From Candidatus Kapaibacterium sp. (lineage in GTDB: Bacteria > Bacteroidota > Ignavibacteria > Kapaibacteriales > UBA2268), in NCBI GenBank assembly GCA_963665665.1, contig OY762428.1, positions 1,824,001-1,888,000 on the forward strand: a DNA stretch of 64,000 bases, written 5' to 3'. The number at the start of each line of letters is the position of its first letter. Within the stretch, counting starts at the first letter, position 1. Shown here piece by piece: positions 18,097 through 27,981 of this stretch. Under the pieces are notes generated by a model. The model was given only the letters and a program-made list of their open reading frames with translations. It was not told the origin of the DNA and did no database searches. A program made the position numbers and the translations under genes.

Positions 18097-21000
18097 TTAC
18101 CTGCCGCCGCTGATAGATATCCTGATATCAAGGCCAAGCTGGTGGGTACTGAATCCCGGCTGTGCAGCGCCCTCGGTAAATGTACCCTCGTAGCGGTAGA
18201 ATAGCGAGGCTGTAACACGCTGGCTCATGGAATACCTGGCGCGCGGCTCGATAATCAGCTGTGTATTGCCGTCAAGGGTGCGGCCTTCGTTGTCAGCGCC
18301 TTCGTAGCTGGCTGTATCCAGGATATCGAATGTGGCTCTCTGGTTGGATTTATAAGTCAGGAGCAGGCTCCATTCAAAATCATTTTTAAATGTGAATCCA
18401 AGAAAAGGAAATTCAAAACTGCGCATTGTATAACTTGCCTGAAGAGATATTTCCTCGGTTGCCTGCTTGGAAATAGTGGACTTGTTGGATGATACCATCT
18501 GGTAATTAGTTGTGGAATTCCACCTGAACGTTGCCGTCAGCAAGCCGCCGAGTTTTTTCTCGTCGAATCCAACAGTAACGCCGATCAGCGGCTGGAAGCC
18601 AAATTGTATCTGCTGCCCCTGCACGGCGCGCCCGTTATCAGTGATCTGGGCATTTTCCTGGTATTGGGACTGATAGGCATGCTCGAATGTAACCCTTTTA
18701 GCATATCCGTCCCAGATACCCCATTTTTCGATACCTTCCCAGCGTAGTCCCCAGTTGACTGCCGGAAGGAACTTACCTGCTTTGCCGCCTATCATGCTGA
18801 ATGTTTCAAGCCCGTCGTGGAAAGATTCAGCAAGTGCATTTTGCAATGCCTGGTTTTTCTTTACTTCATCATTGGGGAACGCCGCCTCGATAACGGCTGC
18901 TCTTTCGTTGTAAAGAGCAACAACATCCTCGATTGTTGAGGAGCCGAAAAGATTCATCCCAAGTATCGGCGGGAATGCCAGGTATGTTTTATTGAAGGAT
19001 TCCATAGCAACAATATTGGTAAATGTAGGATTTCCTTCATCATCTGTTTCAACTGTCTGGTTTTTGTTGTATCCAAGGTCAGTCTGCCAGTTCAGGTCAA
19101 GTGTGGCACCTTCCCAAAGCGGCCTTGTAGTCTTTATCTGCAAAGAAGTAGTTTGCGAGAAGTTATCCTGAAGAACAGCATTGGGCGGCCTCAGCCCGGT
19201 TTGGGTTTCAAATCCGAAGAATGGGAAGTTGCTTGAACCAACCATGCTGTATGATCCGTGCGGATTGGATATAAGGCCAAGCTGGTATGCCATACTCGGG
19301 CCGAATAAATTCCTGCTGTCGCGGAACATAGCCCCGCGGCTCCAGAAGTTATCAAGTCCCGTACCTCCGAATACACCGGGATTATTAGCAGAATTTGTCT
19401 GGGTAATATTAATATCTATCTTGTCGTAATCCAGGAATATCGTTTTAAATATTTTACCAACAGTGCTGAAGAAATCGCTCCCGCCTGCTGATGTTGTATC
19501 CGGAACTTTGAAAGGCACTTTTCGTTGGTCTCTGATTCCAAACCATTTATCGGCCATGGATTTCAAACGGATACCCGTATTGAACCTGATATTATTGGTA
19601 AAGCTGGCCTGCTTTGCTATATCCCTTGTCTCCGGGTCGGCCTGCAATGGATTATACCATGAATAATTCGTGGTAAAAGAACCGTTCATATCAAGGAACT
19701 GATTCATTCCTCCGATATTTGGCAGAGTTGGCTTAAAGTTTAAAGTAACTGATTGGGTGTGTTGGTTATTACGCCCGAAATCAATTAGTTTGCCATCGTT
19801 GAACAGGATTTTCTTGGCCAGCTCGCTGCCTGTTCTCTGCATTCCGTCATCATTTAGTTCGTAAGGCACCAGGGTGGAATTAGTATTTACAGAGTAATCC
19901 AGCCTGGGATTTAAAAATCCGTTCTCAGCAAATTTCCAGGAGAACTGTATATTTCTCATTGCCGAGAAATCCCTGAGAACCGGACTTGGTATGTCAAGGA
20001 AGCGGGATTGTTCGGTGGTTCTGCGACGTGCCATATCCAGCCCTGCAGAAAAGTTCGATGGGAGAAGATTGATCTTCACATCCTTATAAGTATCAAGTAT
20101 GGGCGTTTCGGCAGCCCATGTTAAAGGTTGGAATTCCAGGTATCTTGGCAGATTGGTTGAATATTGCGCGGTAAGTTTCCATATCCAGCTGAATCTTTGG
20201 GCAACAACCGGCGACCGTTCGAATTCCTGGGAATATGAATAGCCGAAAGTCATTTTATTCAGGGTTTCATTTATAAGGAAAAATTCCGTTGGTATGCCAA
20301 GCTGAACACCGGTTAAAGCCCAGCTGTCCTGCACTTTCAATGTTTGTGATTCGCGCCTGTAAGAATCAGCCAAAGCGTCTGCCTCGCCTTCAGTTGCCCC
20401 GTTATCAAGAGCCTGCTGCCTGATATTATTTGCAGCCTGGTCCAAAAGAATATCGTTATTAGCTTCATATTCCGGATTCTCGTAGAACTCGGCGTGAGTA
20501 TATGTAATCGGAATTTTCATTTTATTAAAACTTTTCGGAGCAAATTTTTCAAGATTTCCCTGCATGGCCACAGACCAGTTGGATGATGTTATCCTGTCGC
20601 CGAATCGTTCCTCCAGCTTATGGAAATTTGGCTCGGCCCTTTGGAAGGATGCGTTGATCGAGCCAAGATCAGCCAGCTTTACATCAAGATTGGAAACACC
20701 TGCCCAATCAACAGATCTTTCAGGGCTGATAAGCCTGAGCTCATCCACCCACATACATGTTGTCAGCTCGTTAGGGAAACGCTCGGAGGGGTTATAAATA
20801 CCAAGCCCGAAGAATTGAACCCTTGTCAGGATTGGATTACCCTTTATAGCAAAAGAGCCTGTCTCGTCTGATGAAGGAAATACCTGCCTGTCCCATATAC
20901 TTGAAGTATCCCTTATCTGTTTGAATGAAGTAAGTTCGCTTAATTCAACTTCAATATCCTGCCATCCCCTAACAAGTGGCCTGCGATATTCATAGTAGTT

Positions 21001-24000
21001 TGCCGAATCAGTACCGAACCTTACAAAGGCGTAAGCTTTGGGAATAGCATTATTGGCAAGGTAATCGGGCATGGAGCCGTCACCGTGAATGAAGAATTTC
21101 ATTTTTTTATAATTAAAGATATCCAGGGGACGGAAAATCCTTACGGCCATTCTTTCCTCGCCATAACGCAGGTTTTTAACACATACCGATATTGATTGTT
21201 CGTTAAGGTAAATATCCTGGTTAGGATCGGGATTGTTGAGCTGTTTTGGTGGCCGGACACCAGGAGGCATAGTGTAGAAGTCAGGTTCGCCGCTGTTTTC
21301 TTCCCTGTTTACGAAAGCAATGGACATAACACTGTCATTTGCCGGAACATCAGACTGGAAGTTGGATATTCTCTGCCACTGAGAACCAACAAGTCGCCAT
21401 TGGGCAATCTGTGCATTGATCATACCACCCTTGAAATATACCCTGATATATTGAATATTAGAGAACAAGGGATTTCCAACCCTGCGGGATGGTTTCCTTA
21501 TCGGAATCCTGTAAAGATACCAGCCGTTATTACCTCCACCCACAATCTGGCTGTTTGTTTGCGGATCAGGATTCAGTTCAATTTCGTAGCTGAAATAACT
21601 GTTGTCAAGAGAAATTGTCTGGCCGTTGTTTGTATTTAAAATTTCAGTATCCGGGAACTGGCCTATTTCAGAAACCCTGGCATTACCCTCGAAGTTGTTG
21701 TAACGGTCGAAATCAACTCCAAGCGCATCCCTTGTCTGGTCGTCTTTTCCGAAATTAAAGTAATAATCATCCTTTGCAGGGTCATCTTCCTGATCCAGGG
21801 GAGGCGGATAAAATTCTTTTTCCTGTTCGTTGAACCAACCGTCAATACCCCTGTCCTCGCCAACATCGATTATATTATTCGGAAGCGGGTTGGCATCAGT
21901 GGAACCGTCCTCTGTATCAGTTGTCTGGTTGGGGATAATATCCTCGCTGATCTGCCCGAGATCAATATACATTTGCGTTCTGCCGGGCTCGTAATTATTC
22001 AGCCTCATCATCACTTCAATATATTCGATATTTTCCGTATCAAAGTTTGTATTGAATGATGAGAACAGACGCTGCATACCTGCCCATATCCTTTCGCGGT
22101 TTTCAGGTTGAGCGGAGAATTTTGGGAAATTATCGTATTCAGGATTAAGAGTATCAAGGTATTCAGGATTTTTATTATAAATACCGCGAATATCCGGATC
22201 GAAATATATTTCCAGGGGGTTCAGGTTTGAACGGCCCTGAACTGTTGACCTGTTGGGGTAAACTTCCTTAATAGGTACGCGGGGAATAAAGAACTGCCAC
22301 CAGCGCATTTTACCACGATACAAGGCAGCTTCCTCATCAGTAAAAGCAATTGAACTATCCTGTGGCTGCGATGAGTGCTGCCATAATGTCGGGTTCAGCC
22401 CAAGCGTGATATATCTTTGTGCTCCTTCAAAATCATCGATATAAACCACTGGTTCGTTGTTGTCCGATGTTACTTCCGAGAGCCTTTTGTTTGGTTCAGG
22501 AAGAACCAAAGCCAATTCGCCTCGCAGCTGAACTGATGACTCCGCCTTTGTGGAGAAGAAAGGCAGTGCATCAAGTGCCCGTGTAATAAATGGTGTAGTC
22601 CAGAGAAGTTTACCGTCAATTCCAAACATAGTGTTTGATACGGGCTCTTCACCGATACGAACGCGATCAATTATTGCCGACTGGTCGTAATGCATAATTG
22701 TAAAGCCAAGCCCGGCATCTATCTTCCTGTTTTTCACCAGCAGGTAATCCCCCCTTACTCCCGCGAGCGTTCGGGTGGAGATGTTGAATATATCGTGCTG
22801 TTCGTATTCTATTTTCAAGTTGGCGTTGGGAAGCCCTGCCGCCTGGTTCCTGAGGGTAAGTGTACCGGCATAATAGTCAACTATATAGTCTTCATATTCG
22901 CGAAGTTTTCGTCCGTTCAATGAAACTTTCACTGATCCGGGCGCCAGGTTGAAAGCTCCGAGAGAAATCCTGTTTGTTGACCTTCCGGAAAGTTCGCCGG
23001 TAATCACGAACCTGTCGCGGGCAGTATTCCTGCGGGCAACATCGTAAGTTGTATCGTAAATTTCTCCGTAGGTATATTGCTCGGCAAGTTCGGCATTGCC
23101 CTGGGCTGCGAAATAATCGATAAGTCCGCCACGGAATGGTTCCGGATGAGGAAAAACAATTTCGCCGTATCTTTCATCAAAGAAGGGAGGCTGAAGGTCA
23201 AATTTACCATCGGGAGGAGCGGCGCCTGTACCATTTGTATAGCGGTCAACACCAAAAATTGAAACCAGCTTATCTGGTGCTCCTTCAAGAAGGTCGGTTG
23301 AATCATTAGATTTATTTATATACCAGATACCGATATTTGTTTCGGCTTTGTTGATGTTTGTGGCATTCATTGAATAAATATTCTTCATCTGCCTTGCCCA
23401 GAGCTTGCTGAACTGGGGCTGAAGGTTCGGCCTGTATATAAGTTTCAGGATAATAGTATCTTTAGTATTCTGATTAACTGAAAACTCACCAAAGTATTCA
23501 TCATCATCCGGAGTATCAGTTCTGATACCTTCAGTTCTGTATGCTACAGCATAGGTACGATCTTCTCGAAGATTGTAGATTGTAAGAGTTCCAAGATTCC
23601 TGTCATAACGGTAACGAGTTGTATCCAATCTTTGAAAACGTCCTCTTTCAACTTCACCGGACACAATAGGACTCTGCTTCATAGCATCAGGATAAGCTTT
23701 AATTGGCGAAGTATTATCCCCGGCAAAAACTGAATCAAGAGTAGCAAAGGCTATAGCCTCGGATGAATGAACTTCACGCACATCATTTGATGATTCCCAA
23801 ACTTCAATTTCCTTAATTCTCATTTTCTTAGGTTCAACAAGAATACTGTCATTATTGTTGCCAGCCATTTTAAAAGGGCTGGCTGGAATAACAGGATATC
23901 TTTCAAAATACTTAGTATAAATACCTTTGTATCGGGTATCCAGGAAAAAGTGATTTTTCGCAAAATCATAGGCTCGTATCTGGAAGTACTGCTTGTTGGC

Positions 24001-25062
24001 TCCGCCGCGAACGTCAACGAATTTTCTTTCGCCACGCCTTTGCGAAAACAATGTCTTTAGGTATAAGGGGCCGAACTGGAAATCCGCCCGAACACCAAAC
24101 AGTGCCTGGCCTCCGCCGATCAGTTGGGATTGAAGAGGAAGTGTTACATTACCCACCTCAACCAGTTTTATTATATCATCGTCGTAGCCTTCGTAGCCGA
24201 TCTTGAATTTATTGTCGTAATCGAATGTTCGCCTTGTATTCCAGTCAGTGCTGAGTTTTAATTTATCACCGATACGGCCGGATACATTCACTCGAATATC
24301 CTGGCTGAACATCGGGGTAGCCTGGGACTGCCCAAATGCCGAAACCGTACCAAGGTTCTGAGTATCCCAGCGAAAACCCATCCTCAGGTTAACTTCACCA
24401 TTCACGTTGATGCTGATTTCCGGTTTTCCGAAAATACCGATAACCGGGTTTGGGGGAACCGGAATTGTCAAACCGGTAGCCTGCCCTATAAGGCGGGCAA
24501 TATCGCCGCCGGAAAGCGCTTTTTTAATATCGTAATCAGTCAGAAGAGAATCCCACACTGCATTGCGCAGCTTATCTTTTCTGTCAGCGAGATATTCGTC
24601 AAGATCCATTTCATAAGGGTAGGATACATCCACGCTGTCGAGAAGATCCCTGCGAAGCATTTTATTTCCGGTAGTATCCATTAAAATTGAACTTTGATAA
24701 CCTTCAGGATTCAACTGATCATCAGTTCCGAATTTATAATTATCCTCGCCAACACGCCTCATAGGTTTATGATCATAAAGAAGCGGCTTGTCGGAATATT
24801 TCGAATTGGTATCAATAGTTTTCCTCAGGCTGTCTAAGTATGTATCCGATGAATCCGGCAGAGTAACCTGCTGCGGGAGCATGAATATAAAGGGAATGTT
24901 CGAAAAGAAATTCGAACCGAACAGGCTGTTGAATTGCAGCCATGAGAAACTATAATAATTTGCATGCAGGGTATTACAGCCCGCTTCGTGCACGTTTGTT
25001 GTCAGGGCGAAAATAATGAAGGCCGACAAAGTGACTATTTTTTTTATACTGCTACTACGCAA
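18097..25062 (-). CDS. sprA: Cell surface protein SprA/Sov (T9SS outer-membrane translocon)
   Basis: 2321 aa; characteristic G.IGDKLKL..DWNT...FDYDNKFKI.YEG.DDDII..VEVGNV.LP, YIDDFEG, IDLG.ISED and WVDELRL segments. Confidence 0.95.
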   Translation of the reverse strand: MRSSSIKKIVTLSAFIIFALTTNVHEAGCNTLHANYYSFSWLQFNSLFGSNFFSNIPFIFMLPQQVTLPDSSDTYLDSLRKTIDTNSKYSDKPLLYDHKPMRRVGEDNYKFGTDDQLNPEGYQSSILMDTTGNKMLRRDLLDSVDVSYPYEMDLDEYLADRKDKLRNAVWDSLLTDYDIKKALSGGDIARLIGQATGLTIPVPPNPVIGIFGKPEISINVNGEVNLRMGFRWDTQNLGTVSAFGQSQATPMFSQDIRVNVSGRIGDKLKLSTDWNTRRTFDYDNKFKIGYEGYDDDIIKLVEVGNVTLPLQSQLIGGGQALFGVRADFQFGPLYLKTLFSQRRGERKFVDVRGGANKQYFQIRAYDFAKNHFFLDTRYKGIYTKYFERYPVIPASPFKMAGNNNDSILVEPKKMRIKEIEVWESSNDVREVHSSEAIAFATLDSVFAGDNTSPIKAYPDAMKQSPIVSGEVERGRFQRLDTTRYRYDRNLGTLTIYNLREDRTYAVAYRTEGIRTDTPDDDEYFGEFSVNQNTKDTIILKLIYRPNLQPQFSKLWARQMKNIYSMNATNINKAETNIGIWYINKSNDSTDLLEGAPDKLVSIFGVDRYTNGTGAAPPDGKFDLQPPFFDERYGEIVFPHPEPFRGGLIDYFAAQGNAELAEQYTYGEIYDTTYDVARRNTARDRFVITGELSGRSTNRISLGAFNLAPGSVKVSLNGRKLREYEDYIVDYYAGTLTLRNQAAGLPNANLKIEYEQHDIFNISTRTLAGVRGDYLLVKNRKIDAGLGFTIMHYDQSAIIDRVRIGEEPVSNTMFGIDGKLLWTTPFITRALDALPFFSTKAESSVQLRGELALVLPEPNKRLSEVTSDNNEPVVYIDDFEGAQRYITLGLNPTLWQHSSQPQDSSIAFTDEEAALYRGKMRWWQFFIPRVPIKEVYPNRSTVQGRSNLNPLEIYFDPDIRGIYNKNPEYLDTLNPEYDNFPKFSAQPENRERIWAGMQRLFSSFNTNFDTENIEYIEVMMRLNNYEPGRTQMYIDLGQISEDIIPNQTTDTEDGSTDANPLPNNIIDVGEDRGIDGWFNEQEKEFYPPPLDQEDDPAKDDYYFNFGKDDQTRDALGVDFDRYNNFEGNARVSEIGQFPDTEILNTNNGQTISLDNSYFSYEIELNPDPQTNSQIVGGGNNGWYLYRIPIRKPSRRVGNPLFSNIQYIRVYFKGGMINAQIAQWRLVGSQWQRISNFQSDVPANDSVMSIAFVNREENSGEPDFYTMPPGVRPPKQLNNPDPNQDIYLNEQSISVCVKNLRYGEERMAVRIFRPLDIFNYKKMKFFIHGDGSMPDYLANNAIPKAYAFVRFGTDSANYYEYRRPLVRGWQDIEVELSELTSFKQIRDTSSIWDRQVFPSSDETGSFAIKGNPILTRVQFFGLGIYNPSERFPNELTTCMWVDELRLISPERSVDWAGVSNLDVKLADLGSINASFQRAEPNFHKLEERFGDRITSSNWSVAMQGNLEKFAPKSFNKMKIPITYTHAEFYENPEYEANNDILLDQAANNIRQQALDNGATEGEADALADSYRRESQTLKVQDSWALTGVQLGIPTEFFLINETLNKMTFGYSYSQEFERSPVVAQRFSWIWKLTAQYSTNLPRYLEFQPLTWAAETPILDTYKDVKINLLPSNFSAGLDMARRRTTEQSRFLDIPSPVLRDFSAMRNIQFSWKFAENGFLNPRLDYSVNTNSTLVPYELNDDGMQRTGSELAKKILFNDGKLIDFGRNNQHTQSVTLNFKPTLPNIGGMNQFLDMNGSFTTNYSWYNPLQADPETRDIAKQASFTNNIRFNTGIRLKSMADKWFGIRDQRKVPFKVPDTTSAGGSDFFSTVGKIFKTIFLDYDKIDINITQTNSANNPGVFGGTGLDNFWSRGAMFRDSRNLFGPSMAYQLGLISNPHGSYSMVGSSNFPFFGFETQTGLRPPNAVLQDNFSQTTSLQIKTTRPLWEGATLDLNWQTDLGYNKNQTVETDDEGNPTFTNIVAMESFNKTYLAFPPILGMNLFGSSTIEDVVALYNERAAVIEAAFPNDEVKKNQALQNALAESFHDGLETFSMIGGKAGKFLPAVNWGLRWEGIEKWGIWDGYAKRVTFEHAYQSQYQENAQITDNGRAVQGQQIQFGFQPLIGVTVGFDEKKLGGLLTATFRWNSTTNYQMVSSNKSTISKQATEEISLQASYTMRSFEFPFLGFTFKNDFEWSLLLTYKSNQRATFDILDTASYEGADNEGRTLDGNTQLIIEPRARYSMSQRVTASLFYRYEGTFTEGAAQPGFSTHQLGLDIRISISGGR

Positions 25063-25449
25063 TGATTTTCAATCGATAATCCAACATGTTTATTTGTTCC
25101 GCAAAACCTTTCCTTTTACCCGAAAGGTATGTAATCAAAGATCATTCCATTTTGTTATCCGGAATGTTGCACCGGATAAACTTACAAATATATAAATCGT
25201 AGCAGTGTTTTTCTAATAATCACCTTAAATAGTTAACATTTTCCAAATATTAATTTAGCGTACTTTGCAGCTAAAAACAAATAAAAAAAGAAAACAAACA
25301 AAATTTGGCTTTGATTATGCAAATACCGGGCCCTAAATGACTGCAAAGAGCTTATTAATTTCGAAAATTTCTAACTTCTTGTTTCAGACTGATTGGTAAA
25401 GGATTAATTGTAAAAAAAATTACGAAGTATAGAAACAAAGTGGGTTGCT

Positions 25450-25872
25450 TTATAACAACTGCCTTGATCTCAGAAAAATTTCAGGAGTCATTGCTGCAAT
25501 ATTGCCGGGTTTGTAATCCTTCAGATTCCTTGTAATAATAACATTGATATCTCCATGATACATTGCGGAATAGTGTTGGAGGCCGTCTTCAAAATCTTTA
25601 AATTCCGAAAATAAGGCTTTGACTACAATATCCTTATTCATGGTCAGTACATCTGTAATTCTAAGTAAATATTTTAATTTATCAATTGTTTCCTTGTGAG
25701 AAGCTGCTTTTCTTAGTAAATAATAAAGATTGCTGATTATCACCGGGGTAACAAAACCTCTGATAATTTTTTTCTCACAGAGGGCAAGAATTCCTGAAGA
25801 ATGGTCTGAAAAAGGTTTCCTGTCAAAAAGAACATCAATCAGAACATCCGTATCAATTAAAATTTTAATCAT
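25450..25872 (-). CDS. PIN domain toxin (VapC-like)
   Basis: ILIDTDVLID, DFEDGLQ and IITRNLKDY motifs. Confidence 0.9.
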   Translation of the reverse strand: MIKILIDTDVLIDVLFDRKPFSDHSSGILALCEKKIIRGFVTPVIISNLYYLLRKAASHKETIDKLKYLLRITDVLTMNKDIVVKALFSEFKDFEDGLQHYSAMYHGDINVIITRNLKDYKPGNIAAMTPEIFLRSRQLL

Positions 25873-26131
25873 TTATATTATATTTCTTAACTAATTCTTT
25901 TGTCAATTCATCTTTATATTCAAATTCAGATGGTGCTTTAAATGATCCACGCAGTGAATCAGTTATAGGTGTTAATTCTTCAATGTTTACATGTTCGGTT
26001 TCAGAAATCATTTTTAAATAATTTTCAACAACTTCCGACAAACTTTTACCATTTTTCTTAACGTATTCTTTGGCTTTGTCAATAATTGATTCTTCTATTG
26101 TTAGTGTCAGCTTTCTGTTCATACCGGTCAC
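25865..26131 (-). CDS. DUF6364-family ribbon-helix-helix antitoxin
   Basis: KLTLTIEESIIDKAKEY....GKSLSEVVENYL; overlaps the PIN gene start. Confidence 0.85.
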   Translation of the reverse strand: MTGMNRKLTLTIEESIIDKAKEYVKKNGKSLSEVVENYLKMISETEHVNIEELTPITDSLRGSFKAPSEFEYKDELTKELVKKYNIND

Positions 26132-26298
26132 TTTATTAAAAATTTTAGTTCTGTTTTTTAAAACGTATAAATTTTCTAATTATTACACGTGTATATCAGG
26201 TAATAGTATTTCAGTTACCTACTCCGGAGAATTTGAGCCTAATGAATAAATCCCTTTTTTGTAAATTGCAATGTTGAATAAATACTAATCCGGAAATT

Positions 26299-27618
26299 AT
26301 GAAAAAGAAAAAAATATATATAGAAACCTATGGCTGCCAGATGAATCTGAATGATTCCGAAATAGTTTCATCCATCATGAAAGACGATGGTTATGAAATA
26401 TCAGCCAGCCCGGAAGAAGCAGACCTTGTTTTGCTGAATACATGCTCTGTCAGGGATAATGCAGAACAAACCATAATTAAAAGAATGGATAACCTGCGCC
26501 ATTTGAAGAAAGCCAATAAAAACTTGAAATTCGGGATACTTGGCTGTATGGCAGAAAGGTTAAGAGAAAAATTACTTGATAAAACCCCGGATGTGCAGAT
26601 TATTGTCGGGCCTGATGAATACCGGCGTCTGCCCGAGCTTGTAAATTTTGCCGAATCGGGGGAAACGGGTATTGCTGTTAAGCTCAGCAGGGTAGAAACT
26701 TATGAGGATATTCAACCGCTAAGGACGAGCGGGCTAAGTGCCTGGCTTTCCATCATGCGCGGATGCAATAATTTTTGCACCTACTGCATAGTGCCTTATA
26801 CCAGGGGCAGGGAACGTTCGCGAAACATGGACTCGATTATTGACGAAGTTAAAAAGCTTGAGCAGGATGGTTTCAGGGAAGTAACCCTGCTGGGACAGAA
26901 TGTTAATTCCTTCAGGGATCGTGAAAGCGGGGCCGGATTCCCGGAACTTATTGATAAATGTGCCCGTTCAGTACCGGAATTGAGGATCAGGTTCGTTACA
27001 TCCCACCCAAAGGACATGAGCGACCAGCTTATTGAAACAATGGCTGCCCATGACAATATTTGCAAGTACATTCATCTTCCTTTCCAGTCAGGCTCAAACA
27101 GGATATTAAAAGCCATGAACAGGGGCTACACTGCCGAACACTATCTTGGAAGAATAGAGAAAATTAAGGAGTTAATGCCCGGATGTTCCCTTTCAACAGA
27201 TATTATCGCGGGATTTCCGGGAGAGAATATCCGCGATCATGAAGCAACGCTTGATATGATCAGGAAAGTACGCTATGACGGCGCTTACATGTTCAGGTAT
27301 TCGCCACGTGAAGGCACAAAAGCATTTAAAATGATTGACGATATTCACGAGGAGGAAAAACTCCGCCGCCTGAACGAGATAATAGCTGTTCAGAATGAGA
27401 TTTCCAAAGAACTGAATACAGAGGAAACCGGGCGTCAGCACCTGGTGCTTGCCGAAGGGCCAAGCAAAAGAAACCCGGATGAATGGCGGGGCAGAACAGA
27501 TAGCAATAAAAATTGTATTTTCCCCAACCCTGATAAGAAAATTAAAGCCGGAGATATTGTAAGGGTAAGAATTATTAGGTCAACAAGCGCTACCTTGTTT
27601 GGTGAACCTGAATGTTAA
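26299..27618 (+). CDS. miaB: tRNA-2-methylthio-N6-dimethylallyladenosine synthase
   Basis: TYGCQMN, NTCSVR and GCMA motifs; radical SAM CNNFCTYC; C-terminal TRAM domain. Confidence 0.96.
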   Translation: MKKKKIYIETYGCQMNLNDSEIVSSIMKDDGYEISASPEEADLVLLNTCSVRDNAEQTIIKRMDNLRHLKKANKNLKFGILGCMAERLREKLLDKTPDVQIIVGPDEYRRLPELVNFAESGETGIAVKLSRVETYEDIQPLRTSGLSAWLSIMRGCNNFCTYCIVPYTRGRERSRNMDSIIDEVKKLEQDGFREVTLLGQNVNSFRDRESGAGFPELIDKCARSVPELRIRFVTSHPKDMSDQLIETMAAHDNICKYIHLPFQSGSNRILKAMNRGYTAEHYLGRIEKIKELMPGCSLSTDIIAGFPGENIRDHEATLDMIRKVRYDGAYMFRYSPREGTKAFKMIDDIHEEEKLRRLNEIIAVQNEISKELNTEETGRQHLVLAEGPSKRNPDEWRGRTDSNKNCIFPNPDKKIKAGDIVRVRIIRSTSATLFGEPEC

Positions 27619-27924
27619 ATATTGTATCTGAATAAGTTGTCCGACTCCGCCGGCGTGTGTCAGTAATAATAGCTGATTATTATGCTCTTCCGGGTATTTG
27701 ATCCGAAAGTAATAAGGATTGGAAATCTTTTCCTTTTTTGCGTTGGAATATGGACCTCCCGATAAGTAGTTACAGAATACTATTCGCCCTCAGCCGCCCC
27801 GATTTATCGTGGACATGCCAGGCAATAGCATTTGCCTTATTTTTGATTTCTTCAGGGGAATAAGTTTGCTTTTATGGCTGATCAATAATATCAGATAATA
27901 ATTGTTGTGCATTTCTGGAACAAT

Positions 27925-27960
27925 AAAAAACCTTCCGAAAGTAACAGCCCTTCGGAAGGT
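27925..27960 (-). terminator. Rho-independent terminator
   Basis: ACCTTCCGAA...TTCGGAAGGT plus a T-tract on the minus strand, after the TonB-dependent receptor gene. Confidence 0.7.
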
Positions 27961-27981
27961 AAATTATTTGCGGGTTTTCAA

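Noticed and set aside
25305-25321. Sigma-54-like TTGGCTTTGATTATGCA
   Set aside because: Spacing is correct, but it points away from sprA and antisense into the PIN gene; likely chance.
26299-27618. Radical SAM enzyme as maturase for the CxxG peptide
   Set aside because: Clear MiaB architecture (UPF0004, rSAM, TRAM) with no SPASM or RRE domain.
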